The notes beneath the pieces are model-generated. The model was not told the origin of the DNA. It did no database searches and was given only the letters and a program-made list of their open reading frames with translations. Shown piece by piece: positions 8,616 through 18,102 of a stretch of 21,638 bases of DNA (within the stretch, counting starts at the first letter, position 1; the number at the start of each line of letters is the position of its first letter). A program made the position numbers and the translations under genes. Source of the DNA: Myxococcota bacterium (GTDB lineage Bacteria > Myxococcota_A > UBA9160 > UBA4427); assembly GCA_036336835.1 (NCBI GenBank), contig JAYZFK010000079.1, forward strand, positions 1 to 21,638. Direction: 5' to 3'.

Positions 8616-10187
8616 TCACGTAGGCTCCCACGGGGGAGGCAATGCCTGGTCTCGTGCTGCGATCGCGCCGATCGCAGCCAGCGTGGCGGCTGTGGCCGCG
8701 CTCACGACGCTCATGCGCAGCAAGTCGTCCTCGAGCCCTGTCGGCAGTCCGGCGAGTGCGATTGCACCGAAGCCGGTCGTCAGGGCCAGTAGCACGGCGC
8801 GGTGATCGTGGAACACGAGCGCCAGCAGGCCGAGCGACAGGTAGTAGTAGTGAGAGGAATCCATCAGCGTGAACAGCAGCGGAAAGCCCAGGAACAGGGC
8901 ATAGCGTCGCGGCAGCCGCCGCGCGCACAACGAGATCGCTGCGAGCAGCAGTGCGGTTGCCGCCCAGCGCGCAGCTCGACGGTCATTGAGGGTCGATTCG
9001 ACGATGTCCTCCCAGGCCTCGCTCGTTCCATCGGCGAGCGCCGCACTGCGAGCTTCCACCGATTGCTGTTGCGAGTAGCCGAACGGAACGCCGAGGCCGA
9101 CTGAGTTGAACGCCAGCGCTCGGGCGTGAACGGCGATGCGTTCGCGGAACTCCAGCCAGACGCTCTCACCATCTGGGGCCGGGGCGAGAGTGGTGACTGC
9201 GGCCAACGCGGCGCCCGTTACGGCGAAGGAGGCGTAGAGCGGACGATTGCGGCGCAGCGCGCGACGGCGGGCCTCCGCGCCCGGCCGCGCGAGGTCGTGC
9301 AGCAGCAGTCCCAGCGCGAACAACCCTGGAAAGATTCGCAGGTGGGTGGCCACCGCGATCCAGGCGCCTGCGCGCCGAGGCTGGTCCCGGTCGAGCGCGA
9401 GCCAGGCGAGGAGCAGCGCAAGCGCGAAGTTGTACCGGAGAAAGCTGCCGCCCACGAAGCCGTAGTCGTTCAGCGGGTTGGCCAGCCAGAGCACTCCGAA
9501 CGCGAGCCCGGGGCCCGGTCCCAGCCGCGCGCCAACCACGCAGCCGAGCAGGCCGACGAGCACCAGATCCATCCAGCGCATCGTCTGGAAGAACGCGAGC
9601 GAGGATACGAAGGGCTGGTTCGCGACCGCGCCGAGCAGCAGCGTCGTGAGCGGCGAGCCGTTGTAGCCGTGGTCGCGCAGGATCGCCGAGCGGTGCCAGG
9701 CCGGCAGCGAGACGAAGCTCGAGCGCAGCAGCGCCACGTCTGCCTTGAAGGAGTCCCAGCGCGCTGGCTCGAACCGCCGCTTGGCGAGCGCCCCTTCGCG
9801 AATCACGTGGTCGCGGACTCGATCGACCCGATTCGTCCCCAGGTCTCGAAAGCGATCTCGGGGGACGAAGCTCGTGCGGTCGTCCTCGAAGTCCGCGATC
9901 ACGATCGCTTCGTACAGCAGGCTGTGTCCGATTTCGGCGTAGTACTTGCTGCCGAGGTAGTAGTGGAGGAATTCGTGGAGGTGGAACGGCGGCGCGGTTA
10001 GCCGGAGTTCGTCGCCTACGCTGTCACGCGTCAGCGAGTGAGTGTGCGCCACTGCCGCGCAGAGCCAGAGACCGAGCAGAATGCCGTCGCGCGTTGCGGG
10101 ACCGCGACGGTTGCCCCGGGCCAGCAGCAGCGCAAGGCCTCCAAGGGTCGCAAGGAGTAGCGCGAGCACGAGGCTGGTGTGGCCCAT
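8616..10187 (-). CDS. Uncharacterised polytopic membrane protein, possibly GT-C/GT87-like, 523 aa
   Basis: Many TM helices; a large first loop with 'HEFLHYYLGSKYYAEIG..LLY' and 'DHGYNGSP'; 'LRIFP' resembles the GT87 'KxxP' motif; 'HYYY' lies near the C-terminus. Confidence 0.6.
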   Translation of the reverse strand: MGHTSLVLALLLATLGGLALLLARGNRRGPATRDGILLGLWLCAAVAHTHSLTRDSVGDELRLTAPPFHLHEFLHYYLGSKYYAEIGHSLLYEAIVIADFEDDRTSFVPRDRFRDLGTNRVDRVRDHVIREGALAKRRFEPARWDSFKADVALLRSSFVSLPAWHRSAILRDHGYNGSPLTTLLLGAVANQPFVSSLAFFQTMRWMDLVLVGLLGCVVGARLGPGPGLAFGVLWLANPLNDYGFVGGSFLRYNFALALLLAWLALDRDQPRRAGAWIAVATHLRIFPGLFALGLLLHDLARPGAEARRRALRRNRPLYASFAVTGAALAAVTTLAPAPDGESVWLEFRERIAVHARALAFNSVGLGVPFGYSQQQSVEARSAALADGTSEAWEDIVESTLNDRRAARWAATALLLAAISLCARRLPRRYALFLGFPLLFTLMDSSHYYYLSLGLLALVFHDHRAVLLALTTGFGAIALAGLPTGLEDDLLRMSVVSAATAATLAAIGAIAARDQALPPPWEPT

Positions 10188-10196
10188 GGCGGCGCA

Positions 10197-10205
10197 AGCG
10201 TATCA
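10197..10205 (-). promoter_or_regulatory. Candidate extended -10 promoter TG-A-TACGCT (leaderless-type)
   Basis: Minus strand reads TGATACGCT-9 nt-ATG(10187); no Shine-Dalgarno sequence. Confidence 0.5.
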
Positions 10206-10303
10206 CGCGGCTGTTCATCTCCTCGCGGGGGCAGTTCCCATGACCGCTGCACGTGCATGCCATCGGGATCCGAAAAGCTCCGCTGAAACGCGGGCTTTGC
10301 TCC

Positions 10304-10333
10304 TTGACAGCGCCGAGACCCAACGCGCATAGT
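10304..10333 (+). promoter_or_regulatory. Sigma-70-type promoter for the TonB-dependent receptor genes
   Basis: Perfect -35 TTGACA (10304-10309), 18-nt spacer, -10 CATAGT (10328-10333), about 100 nt upstream of ATG 10432. Confidence 0.6.
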
Positions 10334-10431
10334 TCCTTGTAGGCTGATGCGGCGAAGGCATCCCTGGGCCTTCCAGGAATGTGTCCGTGCGCCCGTTGTT
10401 CGCTGAGTCTCCTGGCAAGTCAGTAGGTGTC

Positions 10432-12990
10432 ATGTACCTGTTCAGCACGCCGTTGAAGTCCCTGCTCCTCGTCGTCTTCTCCCTTTCGATCGTCGCGGTC
10501 ATCACACCTCTATCTTCGATTGCACAAGACGCTGCCGAGCGCGCGCCGCAAAGTACAGAGCACCCCGCAGACGAGCCGGCGCCGCAAAGTACAGAGCACC
10601 CCGCAGACGAGCCGGCGCCGCAAAGTACAGAGCACCCCGCAGACGAGCCGGCCGACGACGACCTGTTCGCCGAGGATCCCGACGACGATTTGTTCGCCAA
10701 GCCCGAACGAGGCGAGCCAGGTGAGGGCGAGGAGAAGGAGCCGCGGTTCGCCGTTCCCGACGACGTCGAGACGATCCAGATCACCGGTCAGAAGTCGGAC
10801 GCGAGCCAGCAGGGCCAGGCGATCGCAATTACGAGCTTCAACCAGGAGGCCCTCGACCAGCTGGGTGTGAGCAACGTCTCCACCCTCCAGCAGAACGTCC
10901 CGTCACTTCACATCGGCCAGACCGGAACACAGGGCATCATCACGCTGCGCGGCGTGGGAATCGAGAACCTGACCATCAGTGGCGAGCCGGGCGTGTTGTT
11001 CGTGCAGGACGGCGTGCCGATCGGCAGTCCCACTGCGGCCCTCGCCGCCTTCTACGATGTCAGTGCGCTCGATGTGCTCCGCGGACCGCAGGGCACGCAG
11101 GGCGGCAAGCATGTGTCGGGAGGCTGGATCTCCGTCAACTCGGCAAAGCCGAGCCCCGATTTTGCGGCGTTTGGCGACTATCAGATCGGGACCTATAGCC
11201 AGGACATCTTCCGAGGCGTTCTGAACACTCCGATCTTCGATGAGAAGCTGATGTTCCGCTTCACGATGCGATTCGAGGACCGGGAGGGCTATCAGCGGGC
11301 GATCGGCACGAAGTTCGACGGCGGTTTCCCCCGTCCGAATGTGCCGTTCCACAAGAGCAATTGGTGGGGCGACGAGCACTCCTTGAGCGTGCGTGCGCAG
11401 CTCCTGTCGGAGGTGACCGACCGGCTCGAGATCCACCTGATTGGGATGCACAGTTCCTCGGAGAACAACGGCCCCGCGATCCATCTGCTGAGCGCTCCCG
11501 GCACATTCGCCGACCTGGGCTGTCTTGTGAATATCGGATGCGTGAACAACCAGGGACCGGCGGGGCCGCTGACGAGCGCGGATCCGCGCGCTACGACGCG
11601 CGACCATCCCGGCGCGCTCGCAATCGTCCAGGAGTTCGCAACGGCCAAGGCGACCTACGAGATCAGCAGCGAACAGCTTGGCGAGCTCGAGGCGAGCTTC
11701 CAGTACGGGTTCAACCGCACCGCGACGGACGTCATCTTCGACTTCGACGAAACCAACGCTGCAGCGAGCGTCATCGACCTCGAGAACAGGACCGACCAGC
11801 ACACGATCGAGGTGAAGCTGCAGACTGTCGAGCAGCGACCCTGGGAGTGGGTGGTCGGTGCCTTCTGGTGGCAGGAGACCCGCTTTGCCGACCAGCTGGT
11901 CGATGTCTCTGGCCAGGGCTTCGCCGGTGATGCGAGGAACATCAACGATCTCGAGACCGACAGCATCGCCGGCTTCGGTGAGCTCTCGTACTGGGTATCC
12001 GACGCATTCCGGATACTGTTCGGCGTGCGCTACGCCGAGGACAACAAGGATGTGACGTCCGAGCCGTTTCGCTTCGTCCTTAGCGGTACGTCCCCGGAAG
12101 GGATCACCCGTCTGACTGGGCAGTGGACTGGGTTCACCCCGAAGATATTGATGCAGTGGCGTTGGTCGGACTCGAACAGTGTGTCTGTGAACGCGACGCG
12201 CGGCTTCAAGGCGGGGGGGTTCCCGCTGGGTACACGCTGCGCAGTCGACGCAGCTGGCAACTCGCCGTGCGACCCGTACAACGCGGAGGGGGTCTGGCAG
12301 TACGAGCTGACGTCGAAGAATGACTTCTTCGACGAGCGGCTTCGGCTGAACCTGACGCTTTTCTGGACCGACTACGATCCGTATCAGGTCTGCTTCGTGG
12401 CGGGCGTCTCATTCAGATGCTTCGACACAGGCACTGCGACAGTGCGCGGGTTCGAGCTCGAGTGGACGGCGATTCCGATTCCCGAGCTGATGATCTCGGG
12501 CAACTTCAACCTGCTCGACGCCAGGGTCGACAACTTCCGGATCGTGGACCCGACGATTTCGCTTTTCGATCCCGCGACGGGGGTCCGGAATCCCCTGGCC
12601 GGCTTTCCGCAGGATCTCTCGGGCAATACCCTGCCGAAATCTCCGAAGTACAACCTCACCCTCAATGCCCAGTATGACATTCACGTCTCAACGCTGGGGC
12701 TGCCCGAGTGGGGCACGCTCACACCCCGGATCCAGTACAACTTCCAGAGCCGCACCTACTACCGTATCCATAACGAAGATGTCAGCAGTCAGGGAAGGTT
12801 TTCCAAGATCGATGTTCGACTCACCTGGCGTAGCAATAGCAACCGCTGGCAGGTCGAGGGCTTTGTCAACAACGTGACGGACGTAGACACCATCAACAGC
12901 ATTTTCTTGAGTGCCAACTTCGACGGATCGATTACTGCTCAGTACCAGCTGCCTAGGACCGCGGGCGTCCGATTCAAGTTCTCGTACTGA
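10432..12990 (+). CDS. TonB-dependent outer-membrane receptor 1, ~852 aa
   Basis: ATG 10432 is preceded by AGGTG; signal peptide; TonB-box-like 'DVETIQITGQK'; plug motifs 'ITLRGVG', 'QDGVP' and 'VLRGPQGT'; barrel motifs 'GFKAGG', 'GNTLPKSPKY' and 'NNVTD'; C-terminal 'PRTAGVRFKFSY'. Confidence 0.93.
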   Translation: MYLFSTPLKSLLLVVFSLSIVAVITPLSSIAQDAAERAPQSTEHPADEPAPQSTEHPADEPAPQSTEHPADEPADDDLFAEDPDDDLFAKPERGEPGEGEEKEPRFAVPDDVETIQITGQKSDASQQGQAIAITSFNQEALDQLGVSNVSTLQQNVPSLHIGQTGTQGIITLRGVGIENLTISGEPGVLFVQDGVPIGSPTAALAAFYDVSALDVLRGPQGTQGGKHVSGGWISVNSAKPSPDFAAFGDYQIGTYSQDIFRGVLNTPIFDEKLMFRFTMRFEDREGYQRAIGTKFDGGFPRPNVPFHKSNWWGDEHSLSVRAQLLSEVTDRLEIHLIGMHSSSENNGPAIHLLSAPGTFADLGCLVNIGCVNNQGPAGPLTSADPRATTRDHPGALAIVQEFATAKATYEISSEQLGELEASFQYGFNRTATDVIFDFDETNAAASVIDLENRTDQHTIEVKLQTVEQRPWEWVVGAFWWQETRFADQLVDVSGQGFAGDARNINDLETDSIAGFGELSYWVSDAFRILFGVRYAEDNKDVTSEPFRFVLSGTSPEGITRLTGQWTGFTPKILMQWRWSDSNSVSVNATRGFKAGGFPLGTRCAVDAAGNSPCDPYNAEGVWQYELTSKNDFFDERLRLNLTLFWTDYDPYQVCFVAGVSFRCFDTGTATVRGFELEWTAIPIPELMISGNFNLLDARVDNFRIVDPTISLFDPATGVRNPLAGFPQDLSGNTLPKSPKYNLTLNAQYDIHVSTLGLPEWGTLTPRIQYNFQSRTYYRIHNEDVSSQGRFSKIDVRLTWRSNSNRWQVEGFVNNVTDVDTINSIFLSANFDGSITAQYQLPRTAGVRFKFSY
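10543..10650 (+). repeat. Perfect in-frame tandem repeat, 36 bp x3 (APQSTEHPADEP x3)
   Basis: gcgccgcaaagtacagagcaccccgcagacgagccg at 10543, 10579 and 10615, with no spacers. Confidence 0.97.
10654..10704 (+). repeat. Degenerate 27-bp-period duplication (DDDLFAEDP / DDDLFAKP)
   Basis: gacgacgacctgttcgcc vs gacgacgatttgttcgcc. Confidence 0.75.
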
Positions 12991-13009
12991 CCCGCGATAG
13001 CTTCAGGGG

Positions 13010-15340
13010 GTGGACTCTTTACGGCCTCTTTCGCGCTGGCTCCTCGGTGCGCTGTGCATCGCGTCCGCCGCGGGCGCAGAGGATCCGAGCTCACAGCTCC
13101 CGCCCGATGACATCGAACAGATCACGGTTACTGGTCAGCGCTCCGAGAACGACTCCCAGTCCCAGGCGATCGCAATCAGCTCGTTCAGTCAGGAACAGCT
13201 CGACCAGCTCGGCGTCACGCGTCTCTCCGACTTGCAGGCCAGCGTCCCATCGCTCCACATCTCGCAATCGGGCACCGCGACCATCGTCACCCTGCGCGGA
13301 GTGGGGACCGAGAACACCAACCTCTCGGGCGAGCCAGGAGTGCTCTTCATCGTCGACGGCGTCCCAATCAGTGATCTCGGCGCGATCGACGGTGCGTTCT
13401 TCGATATAGCGACCGTGCAGGTGAGTCGCGGCCCTCAGGGCACCCAGGGGCACAAGAACGCGGCGGGCGGCTGGATCGAAGTGAACTCGGTTCCACCGCA
13501 GGCCGATCTCTCGGCTCAGGCCGACTATCAGATCGGAACGTATGATCAGCACGTCGCGCGCTGGGCACTGAACCTTCCGCTGGTGGGCGAGAAGCTGATG
13601 GCGCGTATCTCGGGACGCTTCGAGGATCGCGACGGCTACCAGCGCGCCATGCGGTTCTACGATCCCATCCGCACGTTCGAGCTGGCTCCGATCGTTGCCC
13701 GGCGCAGTGATGACTTCGGCAGTGCGCACGACCTGGCCACCCGATTCCAGCTTCGGAGCCTGGCGGTGGCGGGCCTGGACGTACGCTTGATCGGCACGTA
13801 CGCATTTCAACGAGGCATTGCGCCGGCGCCCCACCTGCTGAGCGAGCCCGGGGTCGCCTCGCTGCGCAGCGGTCGGTTCGAACCGCGTTTTCCCGGCTTG
13901 CTTCCTCGCACTTCGGACGACCCGAACTGGAGTCGCACCAACCTTTCGAGCCCCGAGGACGGTCGGACGGCCTCGGCCACCCTGTTCGCCGTCCAGGATG
14001 TTCAAGGCACGCTGTTCGGCGACTTACAAATCGAGGGCACCTTCGGCTACTTCCGCGCGGACCGCGAGATCGCGTTCGACCTCGACGCCACCGAGCGCGA
14101 CGCGCAGGTGATCTACCACCAGACGGTGACCAGCCAGTACAGCGGGGAGGTGAAGCTCCAGACGGTGGGTGGGCGGCCTTGGGACTGGATGCTGGGAGCC
14201 TTCTATCTCCAGGAGAAGCGCGAGAAGTTCGGTGCGCTGCTCACGCGCCCCTTCTTTCGCCGCCGCAGTCACCAGGAGATCGAGAACGGTTCGTTGGCCG
14301 GGTTCTTCGAGCTGTCGTACTGGCTGACCGAGCGGTTTCGCCTGGTGTTGGGTGCGCGTCTCAGCGAGGATGTCCGTCTGGTGAGCGAGCTACGTCGGGG
14401 GATCGACGTCGACCACCCGTCGATTCCGCCCTCGGTCGGTCGCCCGAGAAGGTCCCGGACGGGGAGTGTCAACGGCCGTTTCGTCTCGTTCACGCCGAAG
14501 TTCCAGTTCCAGTGGCAGTGGTCGGACGGAAGTCATGTCTCGCTGGGGGCCACCAAGGGCTCGAAGGCGGGCGGCTTTCCGCTCGGAGTGCTGTGCAGCG
14601 GCCTCGTGGACTGCCCCTCCTACGCGAGCGAGGAGCTCTGGCAGTACCAGTTCATCTCGAAGAACGACTTCTTCGACGAGCGGTTGCGGCTGAATCTGAC
14701 GCTGTTCTGGACCGACTACGACCCGTACCAGGTCTGCTTCGGTAGCGGGCTCGAGTCGCGGTGCAACACCGGGGGTTCCGCGACGACGCGCGGAGTCGAG
14801 GTCGAGATAATGGCGTATCCGGTACCCGAGCTGGCGCTGAACTTGAACTTCAACCTGCTCGATGCACGGATCGATGACTTCAGAATCGTCGATCCCTTCC
14901 ATCCCCGGTACTTTCCGGGCGTACGCCCGGCCACGCGCAATCCGTTGTTCGGATTCGCCCAGGATCTGTCCGGCAACACGATGAACAAGGCGCCCAGGTA
15001 CAACCTGTCGCTGGGCGCGCAGTATGACGTGCACGCGAGAACGGTCGGCCTTCCGGACTGGGGGACGATCACGCCGCGCATCCAGTATCAGTATCAGAGC
15101 CGGACGTTCTATCGGCCCTGGAACCGACCTGAGTTCAGCCAGCAGCCGTTCTCCAGGGTCGACGTACGGCTGGGCTGGCGCAGCCGATCCGGTCGCTGGT
15201 CGCTGGAGGGCTTCGTCGATAATGTCACCGACGTCGACGTGATCAACTATCTCCAGGTCGGAGCGTTCGCGGATGGGACGGTCTTCAGCTTCTACCACCC
15301 TCCGCGCACCGCGGGGATTCGAGTAGGCATGGCCTACTGA
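13010..15340 (+). CDS. TonB-dependent outer-membrane receptor 2 (paralog of receptor 1), 776 aa
   Basis: Signal peptide ending around 'AAGA'; TonB box 'DIEQITVTGQR'; 'VTLRGVG', 'VDGVP' and 'SRGPQGT'; collinear with receptor 1; ends 'PRTAGIRVGMAY'. Confidence 0.93.
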   Translation: MDSLRPLSRWLLGALCIASAAGAEDPSSQLPPDDIEQITVTGQRSENDSQSQAIAISSFSQEQLDQLGVTRLSDLQASVPSLHISQSGTATIVTLRGVGTENTNLSGEPGVLFIVDGVPISDLGAIDGAFFDIATVQVSRGPQGTQGHKNAAGGWIEVNSVPPQADLSAQADYQIGTYDQHVARWALNLPLVGEKLMARISGRFEDRDGYQRAMRFYDPIRTFELAPIVARRSDDFGSAHDLATRFQLRSLAVAGLDVRLIGTYAFQRGIAPAPHLLSEPGVASLRSGRFEPRFPGLLPRTSDDPNWSRTNLSSPEDGRTASATLFAVQDVQGTLFGDLQIEGTFGYFRADREIAFDLDATERDAQVIYHQTVTSQYSGEVKLQTVGGRPWDWMLGAFYLQEKREKFGALLTRPFFRRRSHQEIENGSLAGFFELSYWLTERFRLVLGARLSEDVRLVSELRRGIDVDHPSIPPSVGRPRRSRTGSVNGRFVSFTPKFQFQWQWSDGSHVSLGATKGSKAGGFPLGVLCSGLVDCPSYASEELWQYQFISKNDFFDERLRLNLTLFWTDYDPYQVCFGSGLESRCNTGGSATTRGVEVEIMAYPVPELALNLNFNLLDARIDDFRIVDPFHPRYFPGVRPATRNPLFGFAQDLSGNTMNKAPRYNLSLGAQYDVHARTVGLPDWGTITPRIQYQYQSRTFYRPWNRPEFSQQPFSRVDVRLGWRSRSGRWSLEGFVDNVTDVDVINYLQVGAFADGTVFSFYHPPRTAGIRVGMAY

Positions 15341-15484
15341 GAACGCGCGTCCCCTCGGGGCATCCTGGGGTATAGCGCGCCACTTTTGATCGGTTCTGGG
15401 CCACATTTCAGTGGGCTGCTGGTGTAAACTGCATCAGCTGGTGTGCCGGCTTTGGCGCGCACCGCTGTCGTCGAGGGCCGCGCA

Positions 15485-16719
15485 ATGAGATCGACCTTCG
15501 GCCGGGTTCTTCTGTTCCGTCACCTGGCAATTTGTGTCAGTGCCCTGCTGGCATACATCCTGAGACGAGAGATCGAGGTTGGATACGCCGTCCTGGCAGT
15601 CGTGGCTGGCAGTGCCATCGTGAATTTTGGCCTGTACCTGATGCGGCTCTCCCCGCGCACCGAGCCGCTGGCGGTCCGCGCGTCGCCGATAGTGGGCGTT
15701 GGTGCGTGGACGGCACTGATCGCCGTGACCAATGGCGTTGGCTCGCCGTTCGTCGCCGGTCTCTCGCTCGAGGTGATGCTGGCGGGAATGCTGTTTGGCT
15801 CGACTGCCGTGTTGATCATTGCGGGAGCGGCCGCCGCTGCACTCACCGGCCAACAGGTGGGCCTCGGTCTGATCGGGTACGAGTTTGCGCTCGGGCTCCA
15901 GACGGCCTTTCTCGCCGCGACCGGCGGCGCCGTGTGGGCCTTTCGGCGGCGTTCCGAGGCGCGCGAGCGCGAGTTCGAGCTCGAGCAGAGCCGCATGGAC
16001 GAGCAGCTCGGCCGGCTCGAGGTCGAGCTCGAAGACGAGAGGGTGCTCGGCCGGCTCGGCGAGAACGTCGGACGTCTCGCACACGGTCTCAAGAACGCCG
16101 TCCACGGATTGCGGGGTTTTGCAGCGCTGCTCGAGCCGAACGTGGGGGACGCGGGCCGGCCGGCCCTGCGGGGCCTGCGGGGGGCCATCGAAGACCTGGA
16201 GGCGCTTGCCCGCCTGACCCTCGAGGAGAACCGAGCGATCGCACGCGAGCGTGATCGCTCGGGAGCCGGCCCCGCCGCCGTAATCGGCAGAGTCGTTGCC
16301 GAGGTTCGTTCCACACATCCGGCAGTTGTCTGGACGGTGCGTCTCGCGTCGTCTCTGCCTCCTGTCGCTCTCGGCGACGAGGAGTTCGAGGAAGTGCTGT
16401 TGATCCTGTTGCGCAATGCGATCGAGGCGATGCCCGAAGGCGGTTGCGCAAGTCTGCGTGCCGAGGCCTCGCGCAGCGAGTTGTTGCTGGAGGTGGAGGA
16501 CGAGGGCAAGGGCCTGGCGCCCGGCGACCTCGAGAAGATCTTCCGGGCTGGCTACACCACCAAGCCCCACGGCAGCGGCTACGGACTATTTCTCGCGCGG
16601 CGCATCGTCACCGACTGCGGCGGCGCGCTCGATGCGCGTCCGGGCGAAGCCGGGGGCGCAGTCTTCGAGGTCCGCTTGCCGGTGGCGAACGGCGCCGCGG
16701 ACGACGGGGTTGGCGCGTG

Positions 16720-16720
<1 letters not shown>
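15485..16720 (+). CDS. Membrane-integral sensor histidine kinase (NtrB/PilS-like core), ~411 aa
   Basis: ATG 15485 follows GAGGG. About 5-6 N-terminal TM helices, a coiled coil, H-box 'LAHGLKN', N-box 'LLRNAIEAM', G1 'EDEGKG', F-box 'IFRAGYTTK' and G2 'GSGYGL'. Confidence 0.92.
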
Positions 16721-18042
<1,322 letters not shown>

Positions 18043-18102
18043 CGGGGATCGCAGGGATCTCGATTGCGCCGCGCACTTCCGTTCTCTTTTGCGCGAAGCG
18101 AC

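Noticed and set aside
10246..10262. Sigma-54 promoter-like TGGCATGCACGTGCA on the minus strand (contains palindrome TGCACGTGCA)
   Set aside because: GG-to-GC spacing is 9 nt rather than the required 10.
10412..10428. CTGGCAAG as a -24 element for receptor 1
   Set aside because: There is no GC at the -12 position and it is too close to the start codon.
10206..10431. Cobalamin/TPP riboswitch or Fur box upstream of the TBDRs
   Set aside because: No recognisable conserved riboswitch motifs or AT-rich Fur palindrome.
10543..10650. 36-bp repeats as a CRISPR array
   Set aside because: The units are contiguous with no spacers, in frame within a CDS, and no cas genes are present.
12313..14740. Recent gene conversion between the two TBDRs
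   Set aside because: The identical peptide stretch carries several synonymous differences, which fits purifying selection better.
18043..18102. Intrinsic terminator between the convergent RR and TPR genes
   Set aside because: Only a weak 5-bp GCGCA/TGCGC stem with a long loop and no properly placed U-tract.
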